Source of the DNA: an uncultured Chloroflexia bacterium
GTDB taxonomy: Bacteria; Chloroflexota; Ktedonobacteria; Ktedonobacterales; JADMIN01
DNA length: 32,000 nucleotides
Direction: 5' to 3'
NCBI GenBank assembly: GCA_963718915.1
Contig: CAVRAI010000015.1
Location: 90,001 to 122,000 of the forward strand
The notes under the pieces were generated by a model. That model was not told the DNA's origin and did no database searches. It worked only from the letters and a program-made list of their open reading frames with translations. Both the position numbers and the translations under genes were made by a program. This document shows, one piece after another, positions 26,927-32,000 of this stretch. Each line of letters starts with the position of its first letter. Position 1 is the stretch's first letter.

Positions 26927-27510
26927 TGGACGAAATGTTTGAACCAACAGGAACCATCGAAGACGCCATCCGTGATCTGCTCAACAATGACGACGAGGCA
27001 GCGCGAGAATATCTCAAAGAGAGTTTTCTCACAGAGGCAATGCTTGCCCTGTTCCACGCCCGTCGCGATGCTGAACTAACACAGGCGCAACTGGCCGAGC
27101 GACTCGGTACCAAACAGTCCTCAATCGCCCGCCTTGAGCGCGACCTTTCAGGCTCGGTAACGCTTCGACGTTATGTTGAAGTGGCGCTTGCCTGCGGAGT
27201 CATGCCCCTTGATGTTGCCCTCGTACCTGTCGCACAAATCAAACAATACGCTACACACAACCCTGGCGCCGAAAAGACTCCTGCTGCCTTCAATGCCTGG
27301 CTTGCGTCACAAGTCCCTGTATCACTGTCGACAGTGATTTCCCTGCAACCCGTTATGTCCGCCAATGCAAGTATGATCGAGACTTCGACGCCGCCTGCTG
27401 TGATAGCTAGGGAGAATGCATCTACGGCACTGAGCGCGGGCGTTGAAATGCAGCAGTCCCTCTGGTCTGCTAACTCGTTTGGAGTTCAAACAAAAGGGTT
27501 CGCCGCATGA
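26926..27510 (+). CDS. XRE-family HTH antitoxin candidate with a ~110-aa low-complexity C-terminal tail
   Basis: HTH LTQAQLAERLGTKQSSIARLERD. ATG 26926 overlaps the toxin TGA by 1 nt and is preceded by AGGAGGG (26912-26918). The tail after about residue 85 is rich in Ala/Ser/Val/Pro. Confidence 0.8.
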   Translation: MDEMFEPTGTIEDAIRDLLNNDDEAAREYLKESFLTEAMLALFHARRDAELTQAQLAERLGTKQSSIARLERDLSGSVTLRRYVEVALACGVMPLDVALVPVAQIKQYATHNPGAEKTPAAFNAWLASQVPVSLSTVISLQPVMSANASMIETSTPPAVIARENASTALSAGVEMQQSLWSANSFGVQTKGFAA

Positions 27511-28244
27511 GCACAGCCATCAATGTAAAGGTGCTGACGGCCCGGGTAGGGTACGAATTCGCACTCGATGATCTTCGACTCACCATGCTGACCACCAATC
27601 CGGTCATACAGCATATCGCAGAAGCTTTCCAATTTAAGGGCGCTGCGATCACGACTCCTCCTGCCACATTTGGCCCCGTCCAGAACACTTTACCGGCGGG
27701 CGTGGTAATGCAGGGAGGAATAATGGTGTTGCCAGAAGATGGACAAATCGTGCCAATTCGATTCCTGCACATTGAGCCGCAGCGCATTATTATTGATGTG
27801 GGTGGGCCGTCATCTGTACTGGACGGCGCCTATGATCGTCTGCGTGAAGCTGTATCCTCAATCACCGCTCCTGATGGCTCACCTATCATTGGAGACCCGA
27901 CTCGTATCCTCTACTTTTCTGAACTGAGCTTCATAGCTCCAGGATTACTAGATGGCGTCTTTGCGCCAGGAGTTCGCGCACTGATGACGCGATATTTGCT
28001 AGTCGATAAACAAGAGAACGGCATGACCCTATCGCCATCACTCCAAGTCCAAGCTTTGTCCAGCAGTGCGACGTATACAGGCGATGTTACCCTCGGTGAT
28101 GGCCACACACTTTCTCTCTCTCCGCGAGCTGGTACTACCCGCGATCAGGGTGTTATTTATAGCAGTGCTCCGCTAGAGACCAAGCAGCATATTGGATTTA
28201 TCAACGAACTGGTATCGCTGCTTTCTCCTGCTAAAAGCCGCTAA
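27507..28244 (+). CDS. Hypothetical protein (245 aa), third gene of the cassette, no recognised domain
   Basis: The start overlaps the antitoxin stop (ATGA, 27507-27510). Same lower-G+C composition as genes 1-2. No TM segment, no Cys, and no Walker, nuclease or protease motif seen. Confidence 0.6.
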   Translation: MSTAINVKVLTARVGYEFALDDLRLTMLTTNPVIQHIAEAFQFKGAAITTPPATFGPVQNTLPAGVVMQGGIMVLPEDGQIVPIRFLHIEPQRIIIDVGGPSSVLDGAYDRLREAVSSITAPDGSPIIGDPTRILYFSELSFIAPGLLDGVFAPGVRALMTRYLLVDKQENGMTLSPSLQVQALSSSATYTGDVTLGDGHTLSLSPRAGTTRDQGVIYSSAPLETKQHIGFINELVSLLSPAKSR

Positions 28245-28280
28245 AGTGTCTACACCCACTGAGACCATGCAATTTCTGGC

Positions 28281-28425
28281 TAGCCCGCGCAGGCGGGCTT
28301 TGCGGTCGCGCAAGCGCGACCCATAGGCGCGGCTTCAGCCGCCATCCGCTCATTCGTCTAAGACCCTTTCACCCGTCGAGGAGAATGCTCATTGCAGGAT
28401 TAGCCGTAGGTCTTCAGCCTACGGC
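28281..28425 (+). repeat. Family-2 unit (28281-28343) and family-3 hairpin (28398-28425) upstream of hsdM
   Basis: TAGCCCGCGCAGGCGGGCTTTGCGGTCGCGCAAGCGCGACCCATAGGCGCGGCTTCAGCCGCC, and GATTAGCCGTAGGTCTTCAGCCTACGGC with a perfect 8-bp stem. Confidence 0.7.
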
Positions 28426-28507
28426 ACGGGAACCCCAGAACAATCATTGCTATCGCTGCGCCCGTACCCGCTAAAAGTACAGCACCAACCATAAGGAGCC
28501 GCCATCC

Positions 28508-30004
28508 ATGACCACCAACGCCGCCCAGACCATCGTCCAGCGCCTCTGGAACTACTGCAACCTCCTGCGCGACGACGGCATGTCCTATGGCGACTACGTC
28601 GAGCAGCTCACCTACCTGCTCTTCCTCAAAATGGCCCACGAGCGCACCCAGCCGCCCTATAGCCAGCCCTCGCGCATCCCCGCTGGCTACGACTGGCCCG
28701 CCCTCCTCGCCCGCGACGGCGACGAGCTAGAAACCCACTACCGCCATATCCTCGAAACGCTTGGCCGCGAGCCGGGTATGCTCGGCATGATCTTCCGCAA
28801 AGCCCAGAACAAAATACAGGACCCCGCCAAGCTGCGCCGCCTCATCGTGGACCTGATCGAGCCGCAGCAGTGGACCACCCTCGATACCGACGTCAAAGGC
28901 GACGCCTACGAAGGGCTGCTCCAGAAGAACGCCGAAGACACCAAGAGCGGCGCTGGCCAATACTTCACCCCGCGCCCGCTCATCCAGGCCATCGTCGAGG
29001 TCATGCGCCCCGCGCCGGGCATGCGCATCTGCGACCCCGCCTGCGGCACCGGCGGCTTCCTGCTTGCCGCCCACGACGCTATCGTCCACCACTATCCCGC
29101 CATGGATCGCGATCAGAAGCGCTTCCTCAAGCACGACGCCCTGCGCGGCTGGGAAATCGTCGATAACACCGCCCGCCTCTGCGTCATGAATCTCTTCCTG
29201 CACGGCATCGGCGACGAAAAGGGAGAAGACAGCCCCATCACCGTCGCCGACAGCCTGCGCGGCGACCCCGGCGACCGCTTCGAGATGGTGCTCACCAATC
29301 CGCCGTTTGGCCGCAAGAGCAGCGTCCTCTACGTCAACGGCGAAGGCAAAGAGGAGCGCGAATCCACCGTCGTCGTCCGCGACGACTTCTGGACCAGCAC
29401 CAGCAACAAACAGCTCAACTTCCTCCAGCACGTCCGCACGCTGCTCGCCATCAACGGGCGCGCGGCCGTCGTCGTGCCTGATAACGTGCTCTTCGAGGGC
29501 GGCGCGGGCGAGGCCATCCGCCGCAAGCTGCTCCACGAATGCGACGTCCATACGCTCCTGCGCCTGCCCACCGGCATCTTCTACGCCCAGGGCGTCAAGG
29601 CCAACGTCCTCTTCTTCGACAAGCGCCCCGGCAGCCCGACCCCCTGGACGCGCCAGCTTTGGATCTACGACCTGCGCACCAACCAGAACTTCACCCTCCG
29701 CACCAATCCGCTGACCCGCGCCCACCTCGACGATTTCGTCGCCTGCTACGCCGCCGAGAATCGCCATGCCAGGCAGGAAAGCGAGCGTTTCCGCGTCTTC
29801 AACTACGACGACCTGCTCAAGCGCGACAAAGTCAGCCTCGATCTCTTCTGGCTGCGCGACGAAAGCCTGGAGGGCGCCGATACCTTGCCCGCGCCCGACG
29901 TGCTCGCCGCCAGCATCGCCGAGGATCTGCGCGCCGCCTTCGAGCAGTTCGCCGCCATCGCCGAAGATCTTGGCGTGTCAGACCTCACGCCCGACGAGGA
30001 TTGA
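28508..30004 (+). CDS. hsdM: Type I R-M DNA methyltransferase subunit HsdM (N6-adenine)
   Basis: N-terminal HsdM domain (LWNYCNLLRDDGMSYGDYVEQLTYLLFLKM), GQYFTPRPL, SAM motif DPACGTGGFL and catalytic NPPFG. AAGGAG lies 9 nt upstream of ATG 28508. Confidence 0.95.
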   Translation: MTTNAAQTIVQRLWNYCNLLRDDGMSYGDYVEQLTYLLFLKMAHERTQPPYSQPSRIPAGYDWPALLARDGDELETHYRHILETLGREPGMLGMIFRKAQNKIQDPAKLRRLIVDLIEPQQWTTLDTDVKGDAYEGLLQKNAEDTKSGAGQYFTPRPLIQAIVEVMRPAPGMRICDPACGTGGFLLAAHDAIVHHYPAMDRDQKRFLKHDALRGWEIVDNTARLCVMNLFLHGIGDEKGEDSPITVADSLRGDPGDRFEMVLTNPPFGRKSSVLYVNGEGKEERESTVVVRDDFWTSTSNKQLNFLQHVRTLLAINGRAAVVVPDNVLFEGGAGEAIRRKLLHECDVHTLLRLPTGIFYAQGVKANVLFFDKRPGSPTPWTRQLWIYDLRTNQNFTLRTNPLTRAHLDDFVACYAAENRHARQESERFRVFNYDDLLKRDKVSLDLFWLRDESLEGADTLPAPDVLAASIAEDLRAAFEQFAAIAEDLGVSDLTPDED

Positions 30005-30016
30005 CATCCGCCCCCC

Positions 30017-30355
30017 GATTAGCCGCGGCCTTTAGGCTGCGGCCCGCTCGCTTCACCTGAAACCTCGCCCTCCGCCACCACCGTTCGCCCGTCTCTGTGC
30101 AACCCGCGCAGGCAGGTTTTGTGGCGGAGCGCAACGAGGCCCTTCAGGCGCGGTTTATGAACTTTCACTTTTTACCCCGAACACCGCGCGTCGTGGTGAG
30201 GCGAGGCTGGCCGTAGCATTCATGCTACGGCGAATGGGCTGCGGACTCCCCAGACCGTCTCCCAACAGGATATCCCGTGGCGAGCGTATCGGTGCAACCT
30301 GCGGAGGCAGGTTTCGTGGCCGCAGGCCCCAGAGGCGCGGTTTCAACCGCCCGCG
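30017..30355 (+). repeat. Dense block of family-2 and family-3 repeats between hsdM and the peptidase gene
   Basis: GATTAGCCGCGGCCTTTAGGCTGCGGC (30017-30043). Family-2 units at 30094-30156 and 30291-30355. An ~84-bp unit at 30161-30244 is about 85% identical by hand alignment to 16726-16806. Confidence 0.75.
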
Positions 30356-30373
30356 CAAGGTGGTGAGGTTCTC

Positions 30374-32000
30374 CTACCCCTCCGTTGCCAGCGGCTCAAG
30401 CTCGTCCAGCGTGCGCTCGATCAGCTCAACCGCCATGCCCAGCGTCTCCGCGTCGAAGGCAAAGCGGACGCCCGCCGCGCTATACATCTCCGGCAGCGAG
30501 ACCGTCCCGCCAAGGGCCAGCGCCCGCCGATACGCCGCCACCGCGCCCGCCTGGTCCTTGATCGCGTTCGCCCAGAGCTGCACCGCGCCCAGTTCGGCCA
30601 TGCCATACTCGATGTAGTAGAACGGCGACTGGAAGACATGTCCCTGGCCGTGCCAGAGCGTGCGCTTCAGCGGCTCCAGCCCGCTCCAGTCCCAGTCTGG
30701 CCGGAAGCGATCCGCGAGCGTCACCCAGTAGTCGTCGCAGCGCTCGATGTCCGCCGCCTCCTCCTGGTGCTCGTACATCCAGTGTTGCAGGCCATCGATC
30801 ATCGCCATGTATGGCCAGAACGAGATCACGCCCGCCAGGTTTTCGGCACGAGCGCGCGCCGCCTGCGCCTCGGTATAGAAGCCGCCGTAGTCCTGCGTCA
30901 GATAGGGCGAGGCCAGCAGCTCCATCCCCATCGAAGCGACCTCGGCGAATTCGGCGGGCAGCCGCTCTTCCTGCCGCTGTTGCAGGTATGGCAGCGCCGC
31001 CATCTCGAAGCTGTTGAACGCATGGCCGCCCTCGTGCAGCAGCGTCTGCACGTCGTCATGTGTGCCCGCGCCGTTCATGTAGATGAAGGGCCGACGTATG
31101 ACGTTGTAGCAGAGCGAGTAGCCGCCGGGCGCCTTGTTCTTGCGGCTATCCAGATCGAGCAGCTTCTCCGCGCGCATCGTCTCGAAGTATTGCCCGAACT
31201 GCGGGTCAACGTGGCTGAAGACGGCGCTGGTCTTCGCCTCCAGCTCTTCGATGCTGCCGTAGGGGCGCAGCGCTGGCTTCCCCGTCGGATCGACATCTAT
31301 ATCCCATGGGCGCAGCGTCGGCACGCCCAGTTGCTCGCGCCGACGGGCGTTCAGCCGCGTGACGGCGGGTACCATCACCTCGGCGATGGCGTCGCGGAAG
31401 CGTCTGGCGTCGTCAGGGGTGTAGTCGTAGCGATAAAGCTGCTGCCAGCGGTACTCGAGGTAGTTGGGATAGCCCGCGTTGGCCGCCACTTGCGCGCGTA
31501 GCCCCATCATCCGCCGCCAGAGGTCGCTCAACCGCGGCGTATCCTGGATGATGCGCCCGCGTATAGTGCGATAGGCAAGCTCGCGGCGGTCGCGGTCGGG
31601 ATCGAGCAGGGCGGGCCGGACGCGCGAGAGCGACACCTCCTCGCCATCCCATGTCACCGTGCGCGCGCCTGTGATGCCGTCGTATTCGAGATCGAGCTTG
31701 CGCAGGTCGGCCAGCAGCGCGACATTCACCTCGCGATAGAGCGCGGCGTCGGTGCGCATCTTGCGCAGCGGCATGGCGAAGCCTGCTGGCTCCAATCCGC
31801 TGGCGAGCAGCTTCTCCTTCATGCGCTGCTCGGCGTCGGTCGCCGGCGGCTGGATTTGATCGAGGAAGTTGGTGTAGCGCTCCTGTAACCCGGTGTCCGC
31901 TGTGTTGACGGTCGTGGCGATGCTATACCACGTATTCAACTCGTCCATCAGCGAAGCGATGCGCGTCCAGTCGAGCAGCCAGGTATCCACCGTCTCGGCG
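30374..32000 (-). CDS. pepF: M3B family oligoendopeptidase F, N-terminus probably beyond the window edge
   Basis: Zinc motif LLHEGGHAF (HExxH), with a downstream E in EFAEVASM. 538 aa are visible in an open frame that runs to the window end; the GTG at 31990 is probably not the true start. Confidence 0.9.
   Translation of the reverse strand, partial: AETVDTWLLDWTRIASLMDELNTWYSIATTVNTADTGLQERYTNFLDQIQPPATDAEQRMKEKLLASGLEPAGFAMPLRKMRTDAALYREVNVALLADLRKLDLEYDGITGARTVTWDGEEVSLSRVRPALLDPDRDRRELAYRTIRGRIIQDTPRLSDLWRRMMGLRAQVAANAGYPNYLEYRWQQLYRYDYTPDDARRFRDAIAEVMVPAVTRLNARRREQLGVPTLRPWDIDVDPTGKPALRPYGSIEELEAKTSAVFSHVDPQFGQYFETMRAEKLLDLDSRKNKAPGGYSLCYNVIRRPFIYMNGAGTHDDVQTLLHEGGHAFNSFEMAALPYLQQRQEERLPAEFAEVASMGMELLASPYLTQDYGGFYTEAQAARARAENLAGVISFWPYMAMIDGLQHWMYEHQEEAADIERCDDYWVTLADRFRPDWDWSGLEPLKRTLWHGQGHVFQSPFYYIEYGMAELGAVQLWANAIKDQAGAVAAYRRALALGGTVSLPEMYSAAGVRFAFDAETLGMAVELIERTLDELEPLATEG

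Noticed and set aside
24546-30355. Possibility that the recurring ~60-bp units form a CRISPR array.
   Set aside because: Units are imperfect, in both orientations, irregularly spaced (tens of bp to kb) and separated by genes. No cas genes are present.

Overview
High-G+C bacterial chromosomal window; I saw no rRNA, tRNA or CRISPR array. Backbone genes are an ABC-2 exporter pair, pdxS/pdxT, an R3H/AAA (SpoIIIAA/Ycf45-like) ATPase, an MBL-fold hydrolase, HU, a tandem-GNAT acetyltransferase, a membrane-anchored molybdopterin oxidoreductase, a putative methyltransferase, mutS and a partial M3B oligoendopeptidase. The accessory part is a ~9.2-kb Type I restriction-modification island (20870-30004) in the unusual order hsdR, DUF3800 gene, hsdS (split by a frameshift), a three-gene cassette, hsdM. 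Both cargo inserts look lower in G+C than the R-M genes and are translationally coupled. The three-gene cassette (26501-28244: RelE/ParE-like toxin, XRE-HTH antitoxin with a long tail, unrecognisable 245-aa protein) is my best candidate for an undescribed system. Other observations: (1) palindromic repeat elements inserted in frame in mutS; (2) three separate duplications of gene 3' ends (permease, mutS, hsdR); (3) three dispersed repeat families concentrated at cargo junctions; (4) a low-G+C orphan island at about 13.4-14.4 kb encoding a two-TM protein; (5) five single-base frame disruptions in conserved genes, which could be real pseudogenes or assembly errors. All family assignments come from motif recognition by eye; no database search was run.
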